Positions 46,760 through 55,416 of a stretch of DNA of 64,000 nt are shown piece after piece (position 1 is the stretch's first letter; the number at the start of each line of letters is the position of its first letter). The DNA lies in NCBI GenBank assembly GCA_965116875.1, contig OZ220733.1:192001-256000 (forward strand), read 5' to 3'. Position numbers and translations under genes: made by a program. Source of the stretch: Candidatus Latescibacterota bacterium (GTDB taxonomy: Bacteria > Latescibacterota > UBA2968 > GCA-2709665). The notes beneath the pieces are model-generated. The model had not been told where the DNA came from. It searched no databases and saw only the letters and a list, made by a program, of their open reading frames with translations.

Positions 46760-49198
46760 CTATTTCTCCAGGATCTGAAAACGACCCTCGCGAACCGTCT
46801 GCCGATCGCTCACGAGATCCTTTACGGTCATTTTCACCCGATAGCGCCCGGGTCTGCCCTTACGCAGATCCAGCTCGACGTAGTCGGACTCGTCCGGCGA
46901 CGTGCCCACCTGCCTGTAGCTGACCGAGACCATTTCGCCCGATCCCTTCCGGGCAAGCGTTTTCAGTTTCTTCCGCCCGCGGCGCACTTCGTACCCCACC
47001 TCATAACGGGTGTTTCCGAAGGAATCCCTCGTCAGATTATATATTTCGAAATATACGTAAACCGGTTCGCCCGAGCGGAAAGCCCGCGACGGCGCCGCGG
47101 CGATTTCCCATCGCCCCCGGACCGATTTCGAATCGGCGTCCGGGCCCGCCTCGACGACCCGGTATGCCACCTGAAGGTCGCTGAGGAGCAACTCCCCGCT
47201 ATCGTAGTCGGGTATTTCGACCTCCTGGTGATACGCCTGAAGCCGGTTCGTATTCATCCTGGACATCTGCAACGCCAGCCTGTAAGCGCCGGGCGCCGCC
47301 GTCAGGTCGACCCGGTCCACGGCCAGCAATCCCGTCCCCCGTGACGACGGCGATATCCGCAGGTCCAGCCGGTCGCGGGTTTTCCGCACCTCCTCGGTCC
47401 GGTCTTCGATCAACGCGATGCGCCTCTCCAGCGTCACGGTCGTGTCGCGGTCGCCGTCCACAAGGACGTTGTCCAGCGGCAGTCCCAGATTCAACTGAAG
47501 GTCCGCTTCACCGTTGCGGCCGCGGAATGAAAGCGCTTCATAGTAAAACTCCATGGGATCCAGATGGGACAGATCGTACCGCTCCGGCAGATCCTTCGAG
47601 ATTCTCGCCACGCGGGCGCCCGGGGCCAGGTTGGGCAACCGCATCATCAGCCGGCGCATGGGACCCATGCGCTGCATGGAGAGTTCGTCCAGATCGTACC
47701 CGTCCGGCGTGGGCTCCGGCGCGAAATCGTAGATGCCGCTGTACAACTCGTCCGTAAACACGACCTCCAGACCGTTCTCGATGTCCGCATAGACCCAGAC
47801 CTCCCAACCCACCTTCGAGTAGTCCATGCTCGTGGTGACCGGCTTGTAGAACGTGAGTCCCACGTCGGTTTCCTCAGGTCCGCCCAGCGGCTTGCTGTTG
47901 GTCCCCCACTCCGACTGGGAAAGCCTTTTTTCGGCCGAACGGTCGGAGCGGATGGGGTACACCGGGCCGATGAACGTCATGTCCATTCCGCGCCGTCCGT
48001 AGAGTTGAAACGCCAGCCTTTCCTGCACGCGCTGCACCTTGATGGGCACCTGCGCGTTGACTTGCTTCCAACTGGACTTCCAGTCGGGCTCTCCGTATCG
48101 GACGAACACGCGGCCGCGGGCGTCGAAGGGCCATGCGATTTCGCCATAGAGCGTCATTGCACGCCAGACGCGGCGGTAATGCTCCACGCGCCGCATCGCG
48201 CCGCCGCTCGTCTGGAACGGGTCGCGCTTCAGCCAGAAGCCCCTCAGAAATGCCTCACGATGTTCCGGCGGTGTGTTCTGGTATGCCGCAACATCCTCCG
48301 GCCCACCGACGTTGGAGATATCGTAATACGCCGACCGCTCCTTTACGGGGAGAAGCGAGATGTACCTTTCGAACACACCGAGGGCCTCTTCGTGATCCCC
48401 CCACGCCGCCAATACCTGGGCCTCGAGTGGCAACCCGCGCTCGCGGCCCATCAGCGCGGTCAGTTGAAGCACTTCGTCGTACCGCTCGATTTTCAGAAGG
48501 TGCACCGCGAAGTCGAACGCCGAGTCCTCGTCGTCGGGTTCGTGCGAAAGGAACTCCCGGAAATACCGGATGGCGTCCGGCGTGTTTCCCAGCGAAAGAT
48601 AATAGTCGGCCAGAAGCATATACGAAGGCGCATGGTCGGGGTCGTGACGGAGCGCCGCCCGCGCCGAGGCAAGCACTTCCTCCTTCTTGCCCATTTTCAA
48701 GTGGGCGCGTCCCATCAGCTGATGGGCGTCCGCGTAGGTGGAATCGATGCGAATGGCGCGTTCGAGGTTCTTCAGCGCCCGCCTGGGATTATTCATCAGC
48801 TCCAGATAGACCCGTCCCAGTCCGTACCTCGCGGCAACGAGCGTTGAATCCTGAACCAGAGCGTCTCTGAAACGCGCGCGCGCGCGCTGGGCGTCCTTCG
48901 CCTCCAAATAGAGCATTCCGATCCGTACCCGCAGCAGCGCAGGATTGGGATATGCATCCAGGGCGCCCTCCAGCTTTCCGATCGCCATCCTGATCGAATC
49001 GGGATCGTCCGATTTCATGCTGCGGATGTAGACGCCGTCGATTTCACCGGGCGCCAGCGCGTCGGCTCGGGCGGATATCGCCCACCATCCATTAACGGCA
49101 AGGACCAAAACAGACAAAAGACCAAGGCACACCAGACTCGCGCGGTCATTTTCAATAAATAACATATTCTTAAGACTCGTGTAATGAACTCGATTCAT
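46760..49198 (-). CDS. Exported TPR + GWxTD-domain protein (paralog 2)
   Basis: Hydrophobic leader, TPRs, FWLKRDP, EHYRRV, PFDARGRVFVRYGEPD, WEVWVY, YFEIYNL..D.FGNTRY; start uncertain (49198 or 49165). Confidence 0.85.
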   Translation of the reverse strand: MNRVHYTSLKNMLFIENDRASLVCLGLLSVLVLAVNGWWAISARADALAPGEIDGVYIRSMKSDDPDSIRMAIGKLEGALDAYPNPALLRVRIGMLYLEAKDAQRARARFRDALVQDSTLVAARYGLGRVYLELMNNPRRALKNLERAIRIDSTYADAHQLMGRAHLKMGKKEEVLASARAALRHDPDHAPSYMLLADYYLSLGNTPDAIRYFREFLSHEPDDEDSAFDFAVHLLKIERYDEVLQLTALMGRERGLPLEAQVLAAWGDHEEALGVFERYISLLPVKERSAYYDISNVGGPEDVAAYQNTPPEHREAFLRGFWLKRDPFQTSGGAMRRVEHYRRVWRAMTLYGEIAWPFDARGRVFVRYGEPDWKSSWKQVNAQVPIKVQRVQERLAFQLYGRRGMDMTFIGPVYPIRSDRSAEKRLSQSEWGTNSKPLGGPEETDVGLTFYKPVTTSMDYSKVGWEVWVYADIENGLEVVFTDELYSGIYDFAPEPTPDGYDLDELSMQRMGPMRRLMMRLPNLAPGARVARISKDLPERYDLSHLDPMEFYYEALSFRGRNGEADLQLNLGLPLDNVLVDGDRDTTVTLERRIALIEDRTEEVRKTRDRLDLRISPSSRGTGLLAVDRVDLTAAPGAYRLALQMSRMNTNRLQAYHQEVEIPDYDSGELLLSDLQVAYRVVEAGPDADSKSVRGRWEIAAAPSRAFRSGEPVYVYFEIYNLTRDSFGNTRYEVGYEVRRGRKKLKTLARKGSGEMVSVSYRQVGTSPDESDYVELDLRKGRPGRYRVKMTVKDLVSDRQTVREGRFQILEK

Positions 49199-49545
49199 TA
49201 TACCTGTGAGGCCAAGCTGACGATGGCTCCGCTCGAATGTGTCCTTCGCGGGTTTCTGCCGAAAGAACAATCGAGTGGACGGGAGATTCTTAGACTGCGC
49301 TTAGAATCTCAAGTCGGCAACCAGCTACGTGAGATCCTCATTTGACGATCGTAGAATGCGGCTGTAACCACTTTCTCAAAGGAATTTAACGCCCCTTGCC
49401 ACGCTGACGGCCCACCGCCTAAACAGATCATGTTGAATTTGCAGAAAATATATACAAGTGGAAAAATAAGGCAATAGTCAGTCTGCCTCCCCAAGCAAAT
49501 GACCTTGAACCATTTTTTAAAGAATCTGGTTCTGCTACTTGGATC

Positions 49546-49900
49546 CCCCCGCGGCCTGGATAGCGCCTTGAGCGTCCCCTCACGACGCGCACGACGCCAT
49601 TGGGTCAACTGCGAGGAATACAACCCTTCGTGACGCAGCAACGCACCGACTTCACCAGGGGCCCGGCAAGCGTCCGCCTCTTCCAGAATGCGAAGCTTGT
49701 ACCGGGCGGTGAACCGGCGACGCTTCGCACGCGCCGGCACCTCCGGATCCGGCCTCGTGTTCCTGGTGGTCCCGTGCGGGACCTCCACAACCAGAGACCC
49801 CTTGCCGCCGTTGTCTCCAACATAGGTTCTTGAATTCACTTCGTGCTCTCATCCCCGCCCAATATACGACGACATTGAACTCGGACAGAAAACTGTCTCA
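49546..49900 (-). mobile_element. Truncated IS3-family element (left end + orfA fragment)
   Basis: Terminus TGAGACAG at 49900; [38 protein letters not shown]; no orfB integrase. Confidence 0.8.
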
Positions 49901-50503
49901 CTCTATATTGGCACGTACGGAAGAAAGCATCCGTCGTAGGGTCAACGCAAAGACGTGCATACCAGGATTGTCTGGAAGTTCGATGGCAGCGAGTGGCATG
50001 CGTGTGTCAATAGGCACTCGTTGTATCCAGATGCCATAGTCAACGCCGAGCCGATCTGTATAAACGTGACGAGTGGGACAGTGAACTCCTGAGCACCTTA
50101 CCGCGACCCTTTCTCCGTATTGAAGGCGGTTGCCCTTATGCCACGAGCTCAGCCCGACAAGAGAGCTAACCCTACACCCATCAGCAGTGATAAACGAAAC
50201 GTTGTCCTCGAAGTCTCGTTCAGCTGCCCCAAGAACGTATAATGTGTCGTACGTGTCTTCAGGAATCGCGATATGTTGACCTTCCATAGAGACGTTGTTG
50301 TTCATGCCGTCTCTCTTATCGGGAAATCGAAACACAATACCATCGCAATCGAACAGCGAATTCGAACTGGGCAGGTCCTCTTCCGGGTAAGTTTGGCCAA
50401 TGCCGTTGAAGTCACCGTCCGTACGATCGGAATCTGAAGACACGGCATCACTATTGTAGTAACGGCGGAGATCTATCATATGATATACGTCAGATTTGCC
50501 CAT
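49898..50503 (-). CDS. Hypothetical beta-sandwich protein
   Basis: IDL..YYN.D......DGDF.G.G..YP.E.LP, F.FP......NNV...GQ.I; resembles accessory modules of some glycoside hydrolases (from memory, unverified). Confidence 0.65.
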   Translation of the reverse strand: MGKSDVYHMIDLRRYYNSDAVSSDSDRTDGDFNGIGQTYPEEDLPSSNSLFDCDGIVFRFPDKRDGMNNNVSMEGQHIAIPEDTYDTLYVLGAAERDFEDNVSFITADGCRVSSLVGLSSWHKGNRLQYGERVAVRCSGVHCPTRHVYTDRLGVDYGIWIQRVPIDTRMPLAAIELPDNPGMHVFALTLRRMLSSVRANIE

Positions 50504-50800
50504 ATTTGCCTCTGGATAGGTTCTTGTTCATGGATTGTTGGAAGTTACAGGGGTTATTCACTCGGATGGCGACAGATTCTCGAACCGTTATTAACTTGAT
50601 ATTTATTGAAACTGTCCAATGTTCTCTCTACGAACTTCTCGCACCCATCGGAAAAGGAGAGAACCACCGGACGCGGTCGTCCTCGGAAGCCCATTGTGTT
50701 GTATGACCAGGTCCGTGAGGAATTTTTCTCACTTTAAAGTTCTCGTACGTTGCCGCACCGTCTCGTGTGAAGGGCTATGATTGTCGTGCTGAGCGCCTAA

Positions 50801-52353
50801 CCTTAATTCCGCAAAAATCAGGCGGCGTTGCGTAGGAAGTTGAAGATTTTTCGGTATTGTTTTTCGGTGTGTTTGTTGGGTTGCAGGCGCAGGGTAAGCC
50901 GCCCCTGGAGTCGTAGGAGGAAGCCGGCACGATTGATGAGTTCGAAGCGCAGGGTGCGTATGGATTTGAGTGGCCATCGGTTAGTGATTTTCCAGGTGCG
51001 ATTGCGTTTTGTCAACCCGGTTTCGATCTGGAAGTTGGTCAGGAGGTTGTGGGCGAGAATGACGAACTGTTGCCAGGCACTATTGGCGTTGTAATCGTGT
51101 GTGGGGATGGTATCGAAGCCGAGTCCGGTCTTGAGTTCGCCGATGGCTTTCTCGTGCACGCCGCGCCCTGCCATGAAGCGCCAGAGCGCGCGCAACTTGA
51201 AGGGTAGATTGGTGGCCACCGCACCGTATTCGAAGGTGCCGTCATCGGGATCAAACAGGTCCAACTGGTAGTTCTTGCGGGTTTGATGCATCACGCGTTT
51301 TCGAAAGATGGCGATATTGAGCGTGCGTTTCCATTTTTTGACCGTCAGCGTTGACGTGAAGCCGTCGACGCCTTTCTCGATGCGCTGCCAGTTGCTGCAT
51401 TGACGGATTTTGTGCTGTAGGCACAGGCCTTGCCAGAAGGGCACCTTGATGGCATACGAGGCCTTGTTCTTGATGAGCGTGTTCACCACATCCTCTTTGA
51501 AAAAGTCGCCATCCATGCGGAATCGCAGGGAGTAGGCGTGTCCCAAGCTCTCTTTGATCTGGGAAAACACGTCCTTTAGAAACCCAATGGAGGCACTGCC
51601 ATCGTTGACGTTGCCGGGCCGGTTGTGTACGCCCAGGAAATGACCACTGTCGGCCAGGTAGGCGGTGATGGGATAGTAACTGGGAACTTTGCGATGATGG
51701 GGATTATACCCACGGCGGGCACCGCCGACGCGTTTTCCCGTGCACAATACAGTGCCGTCCACGTCGATCGTCAGTTTTCGGGCGCACAACAGATGGATCT
51801 TATGGGCAACAACGTCGGCGTTGAGGGCTTTCAGGGCGTTGAGACCCTTGTCGGTAAACCGTCTCAGAAACGTGCTCATGCTGCGGGGGGTCGGTAGATC
51901 CGTCAGACCGCAAAACCCCTGCAGCAGGGGATCTCCCTTTAAGAAATCCAGATGTCGCAACCGACGGCCGCCCACCCACAGCAAACCCAACAGAACACGG
52001 CACAGGCTCACCACACCGAAGTCGCCGCCAAAGCCCACACCGCCCAGGTGGCGGCGCAATTGCCTGTTCCAATCCACGTTTCGCAAATATCGCATCAACA
52101 GCTCCAAACCCGCATACGAGGTGAGGCCCTCACCCGGGAATTCCATCTTCAAATTGTCGTTGACACGCGCGTGCAAATCCGCTTTCTTTCGTCTCACTGT
52201 ACGTGGCCTTTCGTTTCGGGTTCATTGGGGGTTTCGACGCTTACCAATATACCCAAATGGAAGGCCTTTTCCTATTGAAAAATATAGACTTACTCGCATT
52301 TTCGCTTAGTATTCAATACACCGAAATTCATCAATATTATTTTCGCATTGAGG
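50801..52353 (-). mobile_element. Intact IS1380-family insertion sequence
   Basis: Imperfect TIRs CCTTAATTCCGC / CCTCAATGCGAA; CTAA duplication at 50797-50800 and 52354-52357. Confidence 0.88.
50818..52197 (-). CDS. IS1380-family DDE transposase
   Basis: LTSYAGL, IDVDGT, GYNP, RPGN, RMDGDF, RG.HEKAIGELK, IRTLRF.LI. Confidence 0.92.
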   Translation of the reverse strand: MRRKKADLHARVNDNLKMEFPGEGLTSYAGLELLMRYLRNVDWNRQLRRHLGGVGFGGDFGVVSLCRVLLGLLWVGGRRLRHLDFLKGDPLLQGFCGLTDLPTPRSMSTFLRRFTDKGLNALKALNADVVAHKIHLLCARKLTIDVDGTVLCTGKRVGGARRGYNPHHRKVPSYYPITAYLADSGHFLGVHNRPGNVNDGSASIGFLKDVFSQIKESLGHAYSLRFRMDGDFFKEDVVNTLIKNKASYAIKVPFWQGLCLQHKIRQCSNWQRIEKGVDGFTSTLTVKKWKRTLNIAIFRKRVMHQTRKNYQLDLFDPDDGTFEYGAVATNLPFKLRALWRFMAGRGVHEKAIGELKTGLGFDTIPTHDYNANSAWQQFVILAHNLLTNFQIETGLTKRNRTWKITNRWPLKSIRTLRFELINRAGFLLRLQGRLTLRLQPNKHTEKQYRKIFNFLRNAA

Positions 52354-52410
52354 CTAATCCTGCCTATCCTATCTATCCATGTAAGTTTGAGTATTGTCAT
52401 GACAGGGAGG

Positions 52411-54927
52411 TCACCGAATAGCAAACGAAACCGACGACGATGCATGGCTTCCCGTGATCTCATCAAAAACCTTGACTTTCAACACCTGATGCCCCGGATC
52501 GGTTTTCGACATATCCAGTTCCAGGTATCCGTACTCATCGGCTCTGTCTCCCTCGTGCGCGTACTCCACGTTCACGACCTCAGCCTTTCTGTCGATGCCG
52601 ACCAGCCTGCCAAGCGCCTTCAGGATCTTCACCGCTACGTTACCTTTATTGAGCGAATGCAGTTCGTACAATACCCGGTACCTTGTCCTGCCGAACTCGT
52701 CCTTCGTCAGGTTGTAGACTTCGTAATAGACAAACACCGGCTGTCCCACGAAATAGAACAGACTCGGATTAGGCACCACCTCGATCTCGCCTTTTGTGAA
52801 TTTGCTGCCACGGCTTGGACGAATCAATGAGGCCATCTCAATATCACTCACCCTCAGCGAGTCATCGGCATATGGATGTAGCACCACTTCGCGGTTGTAG
52901 ACCTGAGACTTATCCGAAGACGAGTCCAGAATCTGCACGGATAGCCGATAAGTGCCAGGCGCGACAGAAAGCCGGTCCATCTCCGGCACAAATGCGATCT
53001 GGGTGGTATCAATCGGTCCCGACGTGTACAGCTCCATATCCTCGCTCGACCGATACACCGGCATGTTATCCTCGTCGTGCAGCGCCAGGCCCCGCTTCAA
53101 GTATGCCGTCAGCCTTCCGTCGGGTCCTTCTTTGTAGTCAAGTTCACGCGTGGGAATACCATAGTACACCTCCAGTTTTACCGAACGGTCATCTGCCTTG
53201 AATCGAGCCGCGTCATAGAAGAAATCGAGGGGGGCAGTGGCAAAGTCCTGTTCGTAAATCGCCGGCGTCTTGCGCGCCGCGCGACGCATCACCAGACCGG
53301 GGTTCATTCGCTGCCATATCAAATTTGACCTGATCGAAGTATCGATCGAAGGATGAAGGATTTCATCCATTGGCTCGTCAGTCGACATCGAAGTATCGAT
53401 CGAAGTATCGATCCAAGCATCAGGGATTTCATCCATTAGCCCGTCAGTCAACAAGGTGGTGCCGGGGTTTCGCCCTGTGATCTCGTCCACCCAGATAGCG
53501 GCGCCCGCATGCGGCACCTCTGCGTACTTGTAGGGGCCTGGGCCTGGCCCGTGTACCTGTACAAAAGTCACTTCCACGCCACCATCGACGTTCGAGTAAA
53601 TCCAGTATTCCCAGACGCCTCGAACGGGGTATACCGGGTAACCAAGAACCGTAGATAGCGTCTCCTGGTCGTCCATACCCTTCTCTACTGATCCACTCAT
53701 CGACCTGTAGAAGCTGACCATGCGCCGGCTCAACAGGAGGTGCTGCAGGGCTTCACCCGCCTGGCTCATCAGCCGGTCCTTAACTGCAAGAACCTTTGGG
53801 TCCGTCTCAAATCGGATGTTCTCCGACGCACTGATGTGATCGGGCCTTCCATAACGTACATACACCTCCCCACGTACGTCCCAGGGGAATTCGTACTCGC
53901 TGAAATGCTCCCGTGCATACGCCACCCGGCGGCAGTGCTCTATCCACCTTTCGTTGGCCGCCGTCACCGGCGCAGGGTCCCGAGTCGCCCAGAAGTTTTC
54001 AGACTGCGCCTTGCGCTCTTCATCTGGCGTCGCCTGGAAGCGGGACAGTTCATCCCTGATAACCACCAGGCTTAGATCATAGTATAATGCCTGCTCGCCG
54101 GGTGGCAGACCCTCCAGGTACGCATCCAGTATCGCATCAAACGGATCGTGGTCCCGCGCATGCTGATACATCTCCGCCAGATCCAGGAACGCGCGCCGCT
54201 GATAGGCATTCGGCGTATCCACGACTGTCCTGAGCATCCCCAACGCTTCATCCGTGCGTCCTTCTTTCTTCAACAACTGTGCAAGATAGGTCCGAGCCCC
54301 GAAATGTGCTCGATTCACCTGGAGTTGCCGGCGGAATGCTTCCTCTGCCTTTCGCGCATTTCGAAATCGACCCGCTCTTCCATCTTTGTAGATCCGACCA
54401 ATCTGGAACCAGACGTCGTGATGGTCCGGGTCCATCTTAACCAGTTTCTTGTACGTGTCCAGTTCCCTCGAATTGCCAATTTCCTGGTACGATTGGGCCA
54501 GGTTGTAGTACGCTTCCACGTAACCTCGGTCAGCCCGAACGGCCCTTCGAAAATACTTGATTGCCCAATCCAGCATTTTCTCAGTATTGCGAAACACGAG
54601 ACCCAGTCCGTTCAGGGCCGGTGCGAAGTTCTTCCGCTTTCGAAGGGCCTCTCGGAACGCTTTCTCGGCATCCTTCAGATTTCCCTTTTTCAGGTGGACA
54701 TGGCCCAGCCCGACGTAAGAAGGCGCATGTTTCGAGTTGATCTCCAGTGCCACCTGAAAACACCTCTCGGCATTCTCATATTTCCCGGATTCGAGATAGG
54801 CCAGCCCAGATTTATACGTGCTATCTACCCGTGAGATGTCCTTTGCAGTCGATCCTTCGGCCGGACTTTCGCCCAAACAAACGACAATCGTGATCGATGC
54901 AATCAAATAGTGCTTGAACCAGTTCAT
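52411..54927 (-). CDS. Exported TPR + GWxTD-domain protein (paralog 3)
   Basis: Signal peptide, TPRs, FWATRDP..VT..NER..EH.RRVAYA, PWDVRGEVYVRYGRPD, WEYWIY, YYEVYNL.KDEFGRTRY. Confidence 0.87.
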   Translation of the reverse strand: MNWFKHYLIASITIVVCLGESPAEGSTAKDISRVDSTYKSGLAYLESGKYENAERCFQVALEINSKHAPSYVGLGHVHLKKGNLKDAEKAFREALRKRKNFAPALNGLGLVFRNTEKMLDWAIKYFRRAVRADRGYVEAYYNLAQSYQEIGNSRELDTYKKLVKMDPDHHDVWFQIGRIYKDGRAGRFRNARKAEEAFRRQLQVNRAHFGARTYLAQLLKKEGRTDEALGMLRTVVDTPNAYQRRAFLDLAEMYQHARDHDPFDAILDAYLEGLPPGEQALYYDLSLVVIRDELSRFQATPDEERKAQSENFWATRDPAPVTAANERWIEHCRRVAYAREHFSEYEFPWDVRGEVYVRYGRPDHISASENIRFETDPKVLAVKDRLMSQAGEALQHLLLSRRMVSFYRSMSGSVEKGMDDQETLSTVLGYPVYPVRGVWEYWIYSNVDGGVEVTFVQVHGPGPGPYKYAEVPHAGAAIWVDEITGRNPGTTLLTDGLMDEIPDAWIDTSIDTSMSTDEPMDEILHPSIDTSIRSNLIWQRMNPGLVMRRAARKTPAIYEQDFATAPLDFFYDAARFKADDRSVKLEVYYGIPTRELDYKEGPDGRLTAYLKRGLALHDEDNMPVYRSSEDMELYTSGPIDTTQIAFVPEMDRLSVAPGTYRLSVQILDSSSDKSQVYNREVVLHPYADDSLRVSDIEMASLIRPSRGSKFTKGEIEVVPNPSLFYFVGQPVFVYYEVYNLTKDEFGRTRYRVLYELHSLNKGNVAVKILKALGRLVGIDRKAEVVNVEYAHEGDRADEYGYLELDMSKTDPGHQVLKVKVFDEITGSHASSSVSFAIR

Positions 54928-54944
54928 ATGGAACCCTCCAAAAC

Positions 54945-55285
54945 GTCCCTCAAAAACTCGATGTGCATCACATTGTCTACAACTATAGTACCCACAGACA
55001 CACCAAGGTGAAACGAAGGCTTTCGCAAAGACTCAGATACCACCTTCACGTTACCCCGACCTAGCATCCTGGCCCAACCAGGTCGAGATCTGGTTCAATA
55101 TCATCACTCAGAAGGCCATCAGGCGCGGCTGCTTCAGATCCATCAAAGAACTCATCGATAGAATACAAAGCTTCACCGACAACTACAACGAGTCGTCGAA
55201 ACCTTTCGTCTGGAACGCCACCGCACAATCCATCATCCAAAAAGCCGAATGTTTTTGTAAAGGTATTTCTGGGACGCAATACTCA
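54945..55285 (+). pseudogene. IS630-family transposase 3' relic
   Basis: LDVH.IVYNYSTH (catalytic D replaced by Y), HLHVTPT, frameshift, SWPNQVEIWF..I...AIRRG.F.S...L..I..F...YN...KPFVW. Confidence 0.82.
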
Positions 55286-55416
55286 AGTTGGAGATTAAAG
55301 GATACCCCTCACCGAAGCCCCACACCTTGCAAGGCGATCCGTAATGTGCTGCCTCCATACGACAGTGCTGAACTGCGTTCCTAGACGGCATACTGTGTTT
55401 TGGGTATAGGGGAAAC

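Noticed and set aside
49309-49545. C-terminal half of the 176-aa ORF 49309-49839
   Set aside because: Read-through from the truncated IS3 orfA into unrelated A/T-rich DNA
50550-50800. Short minus-strand frame MGFRGRPRPVVLS resembling an IS630 N-terminus, or a gene split by IS1380
   Set aside because: Similarity too short; rejoining the IS1380 flanks gives no long ORF
55061-55279. Minus-strand 72-aa ORF
   Set aside because: Antisense of the IS630 relic on the plus strand
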